Virus record (IMG/VR): IMGVR_UViG_3300010413_000018
Span: 1 to 64,000 of that record
Direction: 5' to 3' (one strand)
Length of the DNA: 64,000 bases
Origin: a virus
Shown here: one piece after another, positions 25,182-34,292 of the stretch
Numbering within the stretch: position 1 is the stretch's first letter
How the letters are laid out: every line of letters starts with the position of its first letter
Notes under the pieces: model-generated
What the model saw: the letters and a program-made list of their open reading frames with translations, nothing else
Told to the model about the DNA's origin: nothing
The model's database searches: none
Made by a program: the position numbers and the translations under genes

Positions 25182-25578
25182 TAATCCTTCTCACTTCCTG
25201 TTTGATACCGGTTTCAACCTCATCAGCGATCTTGTCGCATTTCTCTCCACCTTCTTCACGAAGTAGCTTTACGGCGTGCGCTAACACTGAAAGTAGTCGA
25301 TCTTTGGATAAACCGGTAAGGTCAAGACGCTTAGCAGACGCCACTAAACGTGCCTTCCACCATTGATCGACAAGCTCTGGAGTTTCTTCATGGATCCGTT
25401 GTTGCGCCCAGCGCTCACGCGGATATTTCCAACCGTCCAGAGTCCACTTCGAACCATCGTCCAGCTCTATGAACCGTTTTAAAACGCGCTTAACGATACG
25501 GCGCCGTAAAATCGGCGAACTGAAATGCCCAACAATAGTCATGACCCGTTGCCCTTCATACCAAACTTGATCGCTCAT
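25174..25578 (-). CDS. Hypothetical phage protein
   Basis: AAGGAG RBS, after promoter. Confidence 0.7.
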   Translation of the reverse strand: MSDQVWYEGQRVMTIVGHFSSPILRRRIVKRVLKRFIELDDGSKWTLDGWKYPRERWAQQRIHEETPELVDQWWKARLVASAKRLDLTGLSKDRLLSVLAHAVKLLREEGGEKCDKIADEVETGIKQEVRRING

Positions 25579-25604
25579 TTATTGCTCCTTAGGTAGTTGT
25601 CCTT

Positions 25605-25657
25605 ACCCTAAGGATACAATAAAAAAGTATGAATGCAAATAAAAAGTACAGTTGCAA
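25605..25657 (-). promoter_or_regulatory. Early promoter module variant
   Basis: TGCAAATAAAAAGTACAGTTGCAA at 25634-25657. Confidence 0.75.
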
Positions 25658-25658
25658 A

Positions 25659-26087
25659 CTAATATTTCCACCTGTACAGCGATACCGCTGTACGAAAAGC
25701 ATCCGTAGCGGCTTTTAAATCAATGGCCTGCCCGAGTAAATCGTGCGTGAACCGCATCCTGTATGCAATATCTCCCATGAGTACAGTATCTAGGTTAGCG
25801 CGCTGCTCCATCAGTTGTGCGTCTTCATACCCGATTACGGCTAACTGCTGAAATTTGCTTGCTACATAGATAAATAGCCCATGGTCAAAACCGCTAATCG
25901 CCGCTTTGTAAAGCGCGACTGTCGCATCCGCTGTATCAAAAAACAAAGTTGTGCAATAGCTTTGCTCGATCGCTGACCAATCTACGTTTTTATACGCTAA
26001 GCAAATACCCCAAGCGCGCTCTCTTGCCAGGTCATACGGCCCAACAAGAGCACTCTTCGCAGCTCCAAGTTCTTCAAACTTCATCAT
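25659..26087 (-). CDS. Hypothetical protein
   Basis: ORF track. Confidence 0.65.
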   Translation of the reverse strand: MMKFEELGAAKSALVGPYDLARERAWGICLAYKNVDWSAIEQSYCTTLFFDTADATVALYKAAISGFDHGLFIYVASKFQQLAVIGYEDAQLMEQRANLDTVLMGDIAYRMRFTHDLLGQAIDLKAATDAFRTAVSLYRWKY

Positions 26088-26947
26088 TAATTTGCGTTGC
26101 GCCCCTTTATTTCACTGTGGGTCATAACGCGTGCATTCGGCAAATTCTTCATCAAGTCTTCAGTGACACCGAACTGTGCGATCGGCCGGCTTAGATCCGC
26201 TCGCTTTACGTACGAACCTGCTAACCGGCTTACATACTTGTGCTCGTCTGTTTCTAAGATCCCAGACATCGAACTTAAAAAACAAAACAAGTTCATTTTC
26301 TGTTTGTCGCCTACTGTTTCATGATAAACAAATCCCTTCGGACTATCGTAAAGCTTAAAAAGCTTACTGTGAAACAAAATATGGCTTAATTGCACTGACG
26401 AAACTGTCCCAAAAGCGTTAAGCGCCGTCGCCATTATGCGAGCGATCGCGTTTACATCTTTCGGCGGAAAGCTTTTTTTAGCCGGATCCCATCCAGGGTA
26501 AAAACGACTTTTAGTTATGTCGGTAGTTCCGAATCCCAAGCACTGCCCGGTATTGGCCAACTTTTCGTCTCCATACACCATATCCTTCCAGGTTAGGTCG
26601 GCCGTCGCCATAAAACCAGTTGCTTTTTGTTTTCCATCTGGCAACTGCTCGGTTCCAACGGTAATAGGCACCCCACTAGTTAAGTACTTATCGTAAGGCT
26701 CACACAGCATGTTAAGCATGTTGAACGGCGAACACATGCGAACCCCATTCGCGTAAATCCCGTAGTTACCCACCAACTCCCCAAAATCCCCGTCTACTTT
26801 AAACGGTTTAAAAGCCCAGTCAGTAAGATTTACCGGATCTAACTGAATTAATTCGTTCATCAGCGATGACGCTAATCGAGCGACGTACACTGGATCCACG
26901 TCTTGCCACAGCTTACGTATGAATTCTTCTAAGTTATTAATCTGCAT
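26087..26947 (-). CDS. Hypothetical protein
   Basis: 286-aa ORF with RBS. Confidence 0.75.
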   Translation of the reverse strand: MQINNLEEFIRKLWQDVDPVYVARLASSLMNELIQLDPVNLTDWAFKPFKVDGDFGELVGNYGIYANGVRMCSPFNMLNMLCEPYDKYLTSGVPITVGTEQLPDGKQKATGFMATADLTWKDMVYGDEKLANTGQCLGFGTTDITKSRFYPGWDPAKKSFPPKDVNAIARIMATALNAFGTVSSVQLSHILFHSKLFKLYDSPKGFVYHETVGDKQKMNLFCFLSSMSGILETDEHKYVSRLAGSYVKRADLSRPIAQFGVTEDLMKNLPNARVMTHSEIKGRNAN

Positions 26948-26958
26948 GGTTTTCCTTT

Positions 26959-27372
26959 CTAATTTGGTAAAGCTTCCTTCAAATATACCGTTAACGCTAT
27001 TAAGTCAGCTTCTTTTTTAATTTTTTGTGCGCACTGTGCCAATTCATCAAGAATAGTGAAACCTTTTTCCTTCAGCATTTTAAAACTTATTTCTGCCATA
27101 ATTGCCAGCATTAAGCTGTGCCCAGCAACGTCTTGGCACACCGTTACAACTTCTTCTGGCGAACCAACTCCTTGGTGAATTCCTGTTATTGTCACTGACT
27201 GCAAGCTAGCGTATACGCTTTCAACACGCCAAAACGCCACTAACGGATCTTTACTACCGCGCGCCGCTTCCGCTACTTTCGATAGCTTCTGATAAAATAC
27301 TGACAGCTCTTGAGTTAATGGTGCTATGCGCTCTAGCGCACCTTGAATAGCTTCATTCGATGGATTTGTCAT
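26959..27372 (-). CDS. Hypothetical helical protein
   Basis: ORF track. Confidence 0.65.
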   Translation of the reverse strand: MTNPSNEAIQGALERIAPLTQELSVFYQKLSKVAEAARGSKDPLVAFWRVESVYASLQSVTITGIHQGVGSPEEVVTVCQDVAGHSLMLAIMAEISFKMLKEKGFTILDELAQCAQKIKKEADLIALTVYLKEALPN

Positions 27373-27457
27373 TACTTATTTAATACCCACCTTCAAAAAA
27401 TTTGTAATATTTTTACGCAATTATGTTAAAATTTTCCTAATCGCCCAATTACTCAAT

Positions 27458-27757
27458 ATGCCTACTTCTCATCCACAAGTACCTTGCCCGGCCTGCGATG
27501 GCACAGGAACAGTCCTTACAGACCAGAAAAACCCACTACGGCCATACGATCGCCCACGCGTCGCCTGTAAACTTTGTGGTGGTTGCAAAGTAGTGCTCGT
27601 CGAAGTAGACAGCGCTTGGAAACTCTTACACGAATCACTCGACTACAGTGCTTGCCTATGGCGTATTTGGCAAACAATGCCATTATACCTACATCCTAAA
27701 GCACGCCTCCTAATAGAAGCCGACCAGTTTTGTGCTTGGGGATCCAAAAACCACTAA
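27458..27757 (+). CDS. Small Zn-finger paralog
   Basis: CPAC..CKLC..VLVEVDSAWKL. Confidence 0.75.
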   Translation: MPTSHPQVPCPACDGTGTVLTDQKNPLRPYDRPRVACKLCGGCKVVLVEVDSAWKLLHESLDYSACLWRIWQTMPLYLHPKARLLIEADQFCAWGSKNH

Positions 27758-28200
27758 GCGCTACCACTACTATGAACGACAATATCTACTACGGACTCAA
27801 CTTTAACGACCCTGGAATAGGCCTTGAATCCTGCATATATCGCGACTCTACCATCTTTGAACATTTACGAAAAACCGTCAGCCTAACGGATGTCACATAC
27901 CGCTTATACACCGATCCGCCTACTTTACACCCAACTCACTTTAAAAAGCAGTACGGCAGTCTAATTGAAAAACTCAATCTACAGATCATGCACCTTACTC
28001 AACTACGAAAAAAGATTGGGACTCAAGAAATTATCCCAGTCAAAACGATTAAAAAAATACTATATCGTTTAAAATGCGTCGTGGCGGTCTTTAAAGAAGA
28101 CCTCAACCCGCTACGAAGCATTGCGGAAAACGTCCAAACAATCAAAGACGATATTCAATTTATTGAAGACGCACTCGCACTGCTTACCACCGAGGTTTAG
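27730..28200 (+). CDS. Hypothetical protein
   Basis: C-terminal IQFIEDALALL. Confidence 0.6.
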   Translation: MCLGIQKPLSATTTMNDNIYYGLNFNDPGIGLESCIYRDSTIFEHLRKTVSLTDVTYRLYTDPPTLHPTHFKKQYGSLIEKLNLQIMHLTQLRKKIGTQEIIPVKTIKKILYRLKCVVAVFKEDLNPLRSIAENVQTIKDDIQFIEDALALLTTEV

Positions 28201-28520
28201 CCGCGCGATCCTACGCGTCGCGATCCACGCTCTGTTTTTAGCAGTTTCTTCATCATGAATACGGAACCTTCAGATGTCGCAATCGCGTACACCGCAATCA
28301 TTGGAATCAACTTCGTAATATCGTTCGCTTGAAACGCGCCCCAGATGTGTTTCCACACCAATAAGTGACATATAAGCCACACTGTATTTGAGCAATAAGC
28401 TGCCCAACGATGGTACGCAGGATCTCCAGAGTTACGGGATCGTGAAACCCACGTAAACGCCATGTTCTGTAAAAACGCTACTACGGCCAGCACCGCTAGC
28501 CATCCAATCTGTTCCAACAT
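28197..28520 (-). CDS. Membrane protein (3 TM)
   Basis: Hydrophobic segments. Confidence 0.7.
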   Translation of the reverse strand: MLEQIGWLAVLAVVAFLQNMAFTWVSRSRNSGDPAYHRWAAYCSNTVWLICHLLVWKHIWGAFQANDITKLIPMIAVYAIATSEGSVFMMKKLLKTERGSRRVGSRG

Positions 28521-28542
28521 ATCATGCCCTTTTATTAGCTGT

Positions 28543-28881
28543 TCAAATTGCCTCTATAAACCGCACGCGTTGCCGTGGAGATCGAAAGGTCTGATAGTAA
28601 AACTGACTAACTGCAGCACTAGTTTTACGTGAGCATTGCCCACATTTTCCTGTTGGTGAAGGGCGCGCGCACTGCGGACACCTAACAGCATGATAAGCCG
28701 GTAAAGAAAATACTTCGTACGGACGGTTTAACGCTTTACGGTATTCCGTAATCATGCCAGCTACAGTGAAGTACCGTGTCTCGCACGTGTACCCGTCCGA
28801 TCGCGCTACGCGCACACAATACCGTCCACCGGCCGGTTCCGCACTTTCAGGATAAATATGAAGAAACACTGCAAACTGCAC
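28543..28881 (-). CDS. Hypothetical Zn-binding protein
   Basis: CPQC..CGQC. Confidence 0.55.
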   Translation of the reverse strand: MQFAVFLHIYPESAEPAGGRYCVRVARSDGYTCETRYFTVAGMITEYRKALNRPYEVFSLPAYHAVRCPQCARPSPTGKCGQCSRKTSAAVSQFYYQTFRSPRQRVRFIEAI

Positions 28882-28889
28882 GCCTATTC

Positions 28890-29414
28890 CTACTTTCCGG
28901 TGGAACCGAATCCACCTGTACCGCGATCTGAGCTTGTAAAGTCTTTAACTTTAATCACTGCACCATGTGAAACTGGAACAATCAACAACTGCGCGATCCG
29001 ATCATTCTTTTTGATTAGTCGATATGTGTCACTCTGCACCGGTTCGCTATCCGGATCCATCGGCACCGACATCAAGCATACGATGATTTCTCCGCGATAC
29101 CCGCTATCCACGACTCCTGGTTGGTTCGCCACGATTAAACCTTGCTTACACGCTAATCCCGAACGTGAGCACACCAAACCGACGTACCCAAACGGAATCT
29201 CAATGGCGATGCCAGTGCCGAACGCTATTCTCCGGAAGTCTTCCTTGAAACTCACTTTACCGGTCGCCGCGAACATGCGCTTCATTAAATTTAGGTCATC
29301 TCCTATGACGCGATTAGCGTGAAGGTCAAATCCCGCATCGCCGGTAAACTGCGGCTCTGGCACAACGGCATCATCTACCAAACACTTATACTTTAATGGC
29401 GGATACACTGTCAT
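28890..29414 (-). CDS. dut: Trimeric dUTPase
   Basis: AGFDL, RSGLA, GVVDSGYRGEI, RIAQL, RGTGGFGSTG. Confidence 0.95.
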   Translation of the reverse strand: MTVYPPLKYKCLVDDAVVPEPQFTGDAGFDLHANRVIGDDLNLMKRMFAATGKVSFKEDFRRIAFGTGIAIEIPFGYVGLVCSRSGLACKQGLIVANQPGVVDSGYRGEIIVCLMSVPMDPDSEPVQSDTYRLIKKNDRIAQLLIVPVSHGAVIKVKDFTSSDRGTGGFGSTGK

Positions 29415-29415
29415 A

Positions 29416-29610
29416 TTAAATCTCCAGCACCGCGTCAGCGTCCAGATCAAACTCAGCCGGTAAAGTTTTTGTGATGCACAGCACTTTATAACCATTCTTA
29501 CGCTGAATCGCTATAAACTCTTCCGAGTATGGACGCGGTTGAACAAAAAAGCGCGGCTCACCTGGTTTAACCAGTACCCACATTTCAAGTTTCATCGGTA
29601 CTTTCGCCAT
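29416..29610 (-). CDS. Hypothetical protein
   Basis: GGAGG RBS. Confidence 0.6.
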   Translation of the reverse strand: MAKVPMKLEMWVLVKPGEPRFFVQPRPYSEEFIAIQRKNGYKVLCITKTLPAEFDLDADAVLEI

Positions 29611-29617
29611 ATTCCTC

Positions 29618-30232
29618 CTAACCTATTAGTTTTGAGAACTCTCCAAATTGCTCGAACGCTTCCATAAATAGTTTAATACGCGTACCGTAATAAATTAGTG
29701 CGAGCGGCGTCGGATACATCTGTTCGTAGCCTGCAAACGCGATCGGATTCAATAAGTTCAAGCACGTCGCGCGCTTGGCGTGATAGCGATACCACTTCCG
29801 ATTCGTCCTTACAGGAACCAAAAACAAGTGCTCGCGGTTGTTTATACCTTTACTGAGCCACATGTTCAAGTTATTGAACGGCGGATTACAGAACGTACGA
29901 TCTGGCCAATCAATAGACAAACCAGCCCCAACTCCTATCGAATACTTCGGGGAAGAAATAAATACCCAGTTTTCAATAAAGGTGTTGTATTTACCAATCA
30001 CATGATGCTCGGCCGGTATCAGTGAATTTGCATTGCTACAAGGGTCAAGCTCAACACCTTCAGGCCATAAAACCAAAAGCGCGTCAGCCATAGCTTGTGG
30101 CGTATTAATATCCTGAGGCCGATCCTGGCCGCCTACCCGTGCGCCAAAAAACGATCTCATTGCACGTAACGAATAGTCACGCCCGACCGGTAAATGAATT
30201 TTACTTTCTTTAGTACGCTTTGTTCGCGCCAT
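29618..30232 (-). CDS. Phage DNA N6-adenine methyltransferase
   Basis: TPQ, LDPC, NPPF, VPVRT motifs. Confidence 0.85.
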   Translation of the reverse strand: MARTKRTKESKIHLPVGRDYSLRAMRSFFGARVGGQDRPQDINTPQAMADALLVLWPEGVELDPCSNANSLIPAEHHVIGKYNTFIENWVFISSPKYSIGVGAGLSIDWPDRTFCNPPFNNLNMWLSKGINNREHLFLVPVRTNRKWYRYHAKRATCLNLLNPIAFAGYEQMYPTPLALIYYGTRIKLFMEAFEQFGEFSKLIG

Positions 30233-30307
30233 TTAGTATTCCTTCCAGTTAGTAGCCCAATACTCGAAAGGATATATCAAATAGACTACGCCGACAATTT
30301 TTTAGGC

Positions 30308-30589
30308 TCAGTTTTTGTCAAACTTACCATCAAGGCAGTCGGAGTTCATGCACGAATATCCTAGGATATCCTCACCGTCTTCACGTCCAGGAGCTTCAGC
30401 TGTTAGTCGAAGCCAACCCGCGTGCTTTACACGTATAGCTTCAAGCCTAGCGCCGCACTTTTCACAGTAAAGCTCTTCGGGTTCCGGAGGCGTGCGTGGA
30501 ATAAACGGCTTAGGTCGCTCAGTAATCGGCTCGTGACAACGTACTACTTCAAGTTGAACGGTTTTGGCTTCTGATCGTGCGGTTCTCAT
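30308..30589 (-). CDS. Zn-ribbon hypothetical protein
   Basis: CEKC..CMNSDC. Confidence 0.6.
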   Translation of the reverse strand: MRTARSEAKTVQLEVVRCHEPITERPKPFIPRTPPEPEELYCEKCGARLEAIRVKHAGWLRLTAEAPGREDGEDILGYSCMNSDCLDGKFDKN

Positions 30590-30642
30590 GCTTTAATTTT
30601 AGTTTATTACAGAACGAATGCAAATAAAAAGTAAGATTGCAA
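30590..30642 (-). promoter_or_regulatory. Early promoter module variant
   Basis: TGCAAATAAAAAGTAAGATTGCAA at 30619-30642. Confidence 0.7.
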
Positions 30643-30681
30643 AAAATTATAGTAAGTGCTTGAAGTTACAGCACTTACCAA

Positions 30682-31410
30682 CTATTCTGCAATACTACTT
30701 TGTAAATCATCTAGCGTTTTGGTAAGCGAATCTCCGCTAGGCGCGCGCTCTTTTACAGTCACGATGTCTCGGGTTTTCTCACGCAATGTTGCTAACCCGA
30801 ACTCAAAGCCAACGTTCGCAAAAGTTATAGCGACAGGGAGCGGTAGCAAAACTGCCGGAATGCGCAAGTCCTTTCCGACTAGTTTATTTACGCGGGTAAG
30901 CGCTTCAAAGTAATGCTCCGGATTGATAAAGCGACCACTTTCAGCGTTGTTCTCACAAAGTTTGGCATCATCCAACGCCAAGCGTACACGACACGCGATC
31001 GGCCGACACTGATACACTGTGCAATGACCGTCCACGTTTAATAACCCGCAGTTTACCTGCTTCGCAAACCACGCGTCCGGACCGTCTTCCCCGTACAAAT
31101 CCGGCTCTTTGCTGATCATCGCGACATGGCCGGCTATTGTATTTTTTGATTTCTGATAAATACCCCATCGCATGCCGTCGCGAGTAAGGTACGCCATAAT
31201 AAACAACGCTTCCGGAATGCTCACCATAACCAACTGCTTACAGCAAGCTGAGCACCCTTTCTTGCATGAAAAGCTTAACTTTTGACTGTCCGCCAATTTC
31301 ACGATCGCTTCATCAACCACAGTCATCAGCTTACTGTATGGCGCTACCGCGTCCATTATACGCCCAACGCCAGGCGCCATTATTCTTTTTTGTGTTGGTC
31401 TAAATCTCAT
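30682..31410 (-). CDS. YkgJ-family cysteine cluster protein
   Basis: CKKGCSACC...CGLL..GHCTVYQCRPIACR. Confidence 0.85.
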   Translation of the reverse strand: MRFRPTQKRIMAPGVGRIMDAVAPYSKLMTVVDEAIVKLADSQKLSFSCKKGCSACCKQLVMVSIPEALFIMAYLTRDGMRWGIYQKSKNTIAGHVAMISKEPDLYGEDGPDAWFAKQVNCGLLNVDGHCTVYQCRPIACRVRLALDDAKLCENNAESGRFINPEHYFEALTRVNKLVGKDLRIPAVLLPLPVAITFANVGFEFGLATLREKTRDIVTVKERAPSGDSLTKTLDDLQSSIAE

Positions 31411-31955
31411 TTTAACCCCGCTAAAACTTCTACATCGTGTGATTTAAATACAGAATACTTCGGTGATGTTTGAATCATTGTGTTGATCGCTTTACAAACT
31501 AGTATGCGCGCTTGAAGCAACTCTTCCTGGTCTTTTATTTTCCACTTTTGGGATATGCGCTCCACCAAGTACCCATGTAGGTGCAACAGATTATTATACG
31601 GTCCTATGTATCCAGTGTCGTCTTCGTTCTTAATGAACAAGTCGCCATTGTTACGCCAGTCTGCATCGCGCAGTAACTCTACACAAAACTCTAGCTTTAA
31701 TTGTGCTATTGTCTCCGTGCTCAACTCAGCATCCCCGGTTTTGCTGTGACACTTACAATCTCCACCACACGAATGCTGTGCCTTATTGGTGTCAAGCCAA
31801 TGAAACGTCACACTCATTCCGCCAATATTGTCGCCGGTTACAGTGACGTTGATATCCTTGGCTTCTGGCAATCCTGAAATTTTTTCTTTTAGCCCTGGAT
31901 AAATTAAATTTAGCACTTCCATCAGCCCAAGATGGACTGCGCGTTCCTGTCGCAT
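31407..31955 (-). CDS. Hypothetical protein
   Basis: GGAGG RBS. Confidence 0.65.
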   Translation of the reverse strand: MRQERAVHLGLMEVLNLIYPGLKEKISGLPEAKDINVTVTGDNIGGMSVTFHWLDTNKAQHSCGGDCKCHSKTGDAELSTETIAQLKLEFCVELLRDADWRNNGDLFIKNEDDTGYIGPYNNLLHLHGYLVERISQKWKIKDQEELLQARILVCKAINTMIQTSPKYSVFKSHDVEVLAGLK

Positions 31956-31967
31956 ATTTGCCCTCCA

Positions 31968-32498
31968 CTAGTTTGCAAACGAAATACCCGAAAGCGGATC
32001 TCCTTTTGGTGCTGCTATTCCTGATTGCTGTAAGCTGGTGTTTGCCCGTTGTGCTAACCGCTTAAGCGCTAATGCTTTAACTTCTGGTTTTATTTGACTA
32101 CTGCCGGCCGACTCAGCCGGTATTGACGCGGGTGCCCGGCTGGCTAATGGCACTGGCGTAATGTGATCTTTGTTAAAGCGAATGTCCATCTCCGTGCGAA
32201 TCGCAACGACTGCTTCGCGTAAGTATCTCACGTTTTCTTCGTTCTGCGAAAAACGCGTCTTAGTGGCTTGCAGGGATTCTTTAACGATCCCTTTAAGTTC
32301 GTTAATCTCTTGCGCTTGCGCTTCAACTGCTGCTGTTAACTTAAGGATTTCTTTGTCCCTTTTTGACATCAAAACGTCACACCCTAACGGTGCCAGCGCG
32401 CCACAAATAGTAAGAAGCGCGGCTATAGCTGCTAAGATTGCCGCGCGTTTCTGCCACTTCTTTGTTGTTTCTGGAGATACCGACGAAGATCGGGCCAT
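31968..32498 (-). CDS. Membrane-anchored coiled-coil protein
   Basis: N-terminal hydrophobic helix then coiled coil. Confidence 0.65.
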   Translation of the reverse strand: MARSSSVSPETTKKWQKRAAILAAIAALLTICGALAPLGCDVLMSKRDKEILKLTAAVEAQAQEINELKGIVKESLQATKTRFSQNEENVRYLREAVVAIRTEMDIRFNKDHITPVPLASRAPASIPAESAGSSQIKPEVKALALKRLAQRANTSLQQSGIAAPKGDPLSGISFAN

Positions 32499-32505
32499 TG
32501 CACCC

Positions 32506-32910
32506 TCACAGTAAAGTTGGTTGGTGAAAAGGCGTTGAACTCATTTTCTCTAAGAATTCTCGACACTTTTTACCGTAGTGATTCACAATTGTTCCTGGAA
32601 GATTATAACGCGTTTTAGTTATTTCTTTAGCTTCAACGCATCCAATATACAATAGCACATCTTGAGTTTTATTGGGATCATCCGCGAAGTGCGGATATAA
32701 ATACGACGGCTCGTTCCCTAACGTATGCACCGGATGTGGGTCTAAGTATTTCACATGATGTGTGACCACTGTAACCGTTTGCGGCATGTTTTCCAACCTT
32801 ACTTGCCACGCACGCTTCATCTCCATCAACTCTGTCATCTGCCACATTACAAATAAAAACGTACATATAGCAGCCAAAGTTATTGTCGTGAATCGCATGT
32901 TAACCTCCAT
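32506..32910 (-). CDS. Membrane-anchored hypothetical protein
   Basis: N-terminal TM. Confidence 0.6.
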   Translation of the reverse strand: MEVNMRFTTITLAAICTFLFVMWQMTELMEMKRAWQVRLENMPQTVTVVTHHVKYLDPHPVHTLGNEPSYLYPHFADDPNKTQDVLLYIGCVEAKEITKTRYNLPGTIVNHYGKKCREFLEKMSSTPFHQPTLL

Positions 32911-32977
32911 ATTCTAATTATGCGTAATTGGCAATTTTTTTGTAATCCTGCTACTTTAATCTCAAGAAGGAGCCCTT

Positions 32978-33850
32978 ATGGCATACCCAACTGGCATCGG
33001 CCTTTATCTACGCGGATTAACTCAAAAGAAACACGGCAGTCCGGCCGTCGCCGCTAAAATGGCGAAAGACCACGGTGTCTCGTTTGTTTGCCTAATGTCC
33101 GCCTGGCAAGACGTTAAAAAAGATACCGGTAAACCCTACATGCTGCACTCCAATGGTCGTGACGCCACCGTTATTGCGCAATACGCAGAAGCCTTCTCCA
33201 ATACTGATATAGAGGTATTAATTTGGGGATTTCCACGAGCTGGTGGGGAAGACGAATACATTGATCGACTTGGACACGTTACCGAAGTGTGTGATGGCAC
33301 CATCGGCGGATGGCTACACGATCCAGAAGTTTACTACAAGTGGAAACTAAAAAGCCAAAAGCCAGATATTACAATGCGCGGCCAGGAAGAATTCTCAAAA
33401 GACGCTAAACCTATTTCGACCAAAGCCTTATGGATCAAAGAGTGCGCACAAAAGCTAGTGCGACTTAGTTACCAAAATGATTGCTGCGGCGAAAAATTAG
33501 GATTCACCAGCTACGGTATGGCGCCGTACCACAAAATGTACCCTTGGGAAGTATTTGGTGGACACGGATTCGGTAGCCCTCAGCTTTACTCCGTAAGCCC
33601 AAAAGAAGTCGACTTAGGCATACGCGCTTGGCGTCAATACGGCTGGCAGCACATCATTCCTTCCGTCCCTTTGTTCGGAAAAAACAGCGAAGCCAAACTC
33701 CACGCGCACCTAAGCAACTTTGTCGACGGAGAAGAAAACATCACCGGTTTTCTCTTTTGGTCGTGGCAGCAAGCGTCTCCGCTTGAATGGAAAGTGATCA
33801 AGCGGTGGTCCGAATGGTTGCGGCGAGGTGCGTGTTCGCTACCTCTTTGA
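32978..33850 (+). CDS. Putative TIM-barrel glycoside hydrolase-like protein (possible lysin)
   Basis: AKDHGVSFV, IWGF, HDPE, PQLY, FLFWSWQ beta/alpha pattern. Confidence 0.45.
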   Translation: MAYPTGIGLYLRGLTQKKHGSPAVAAKMAKDHGVSFVCLMSAWQDVKKDTGKPYMLHSNGRDATVIAQYAEAFSNTDIEVLIWGFPRAGGEDEYIDRLGHVTEVCDGTIGGWLHDPEVYYKWKLKSQKPDITMRGQEEFSKDAKPISTKALWIKECAQKLVRLSYQNDCCGEKLGFTSYGMAPYHKMYPWEVFGGHGFGSPQLYSVSPKEVDLGIRAWRQYGWQHIIPSVPLFGKNSEAKLHAHLSNFVDGEENITGFLFWSWQQASPLEWKVIKRWSEWLRRGACSLPL

Positions 33851-34273
33851 TCCAGTTGGACTCGGTAAGCCGTATGGAAAGTCTAACGAGTGGCTCAAAT
33901 CGTTAATATGAATGTTTAAATCGCTCGCAGTAAAGTACTTGCAGATCAAGTTGCGCACTGTACGTGTTTCAAACGTACGACAAGAATACACGTCAAGTAC
34001 GCAGTAATGGTGCTCCGGCCACGAATGTAAGGCAGCGTGGGACGTTGACAGCACAACTACACCAGTAACCCCACCTTCATCCTCTTCGCACTCCATCCCC
34101 AGTTTTTCAACCTGAATGGGCACCGAATAACAAATCGGAGAAGCAAGCGCGCGCATTCCGATCTTCTCAACCAGATCGGCTAAAAATAAATGCACTTTTT
34201 TTGGAGAGCCTAGTGCTTCGCGCGAGCCAATAAACTTGACTTTAATGTGTTTACCTTTACGCGGGTCCATCAA
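33839..34273 (-). CDS. speD: S-adenosylmethionine decarboxylase proenzyme
   Basis: GGVTGVVVLSTSHAALHSWPEHHYCVLDVYSC. Confidence 0.85.
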   Translation of the reverse strand: MMDPRKGKHIKVKFIGSREALGSPKKVHLFLADLVEKIGMRALASPICYSVPIQVEKLGMECEEDEGGVTGVVVLSTSHAALHSWPEHHYCVLDVYSCRTFETRTVRNLICKYFTASDLNIHINDLSHSLDFPYGLPSPTGSKR

Positions 34274-34292
34274 AACTACCTCCTAAGTAGTG

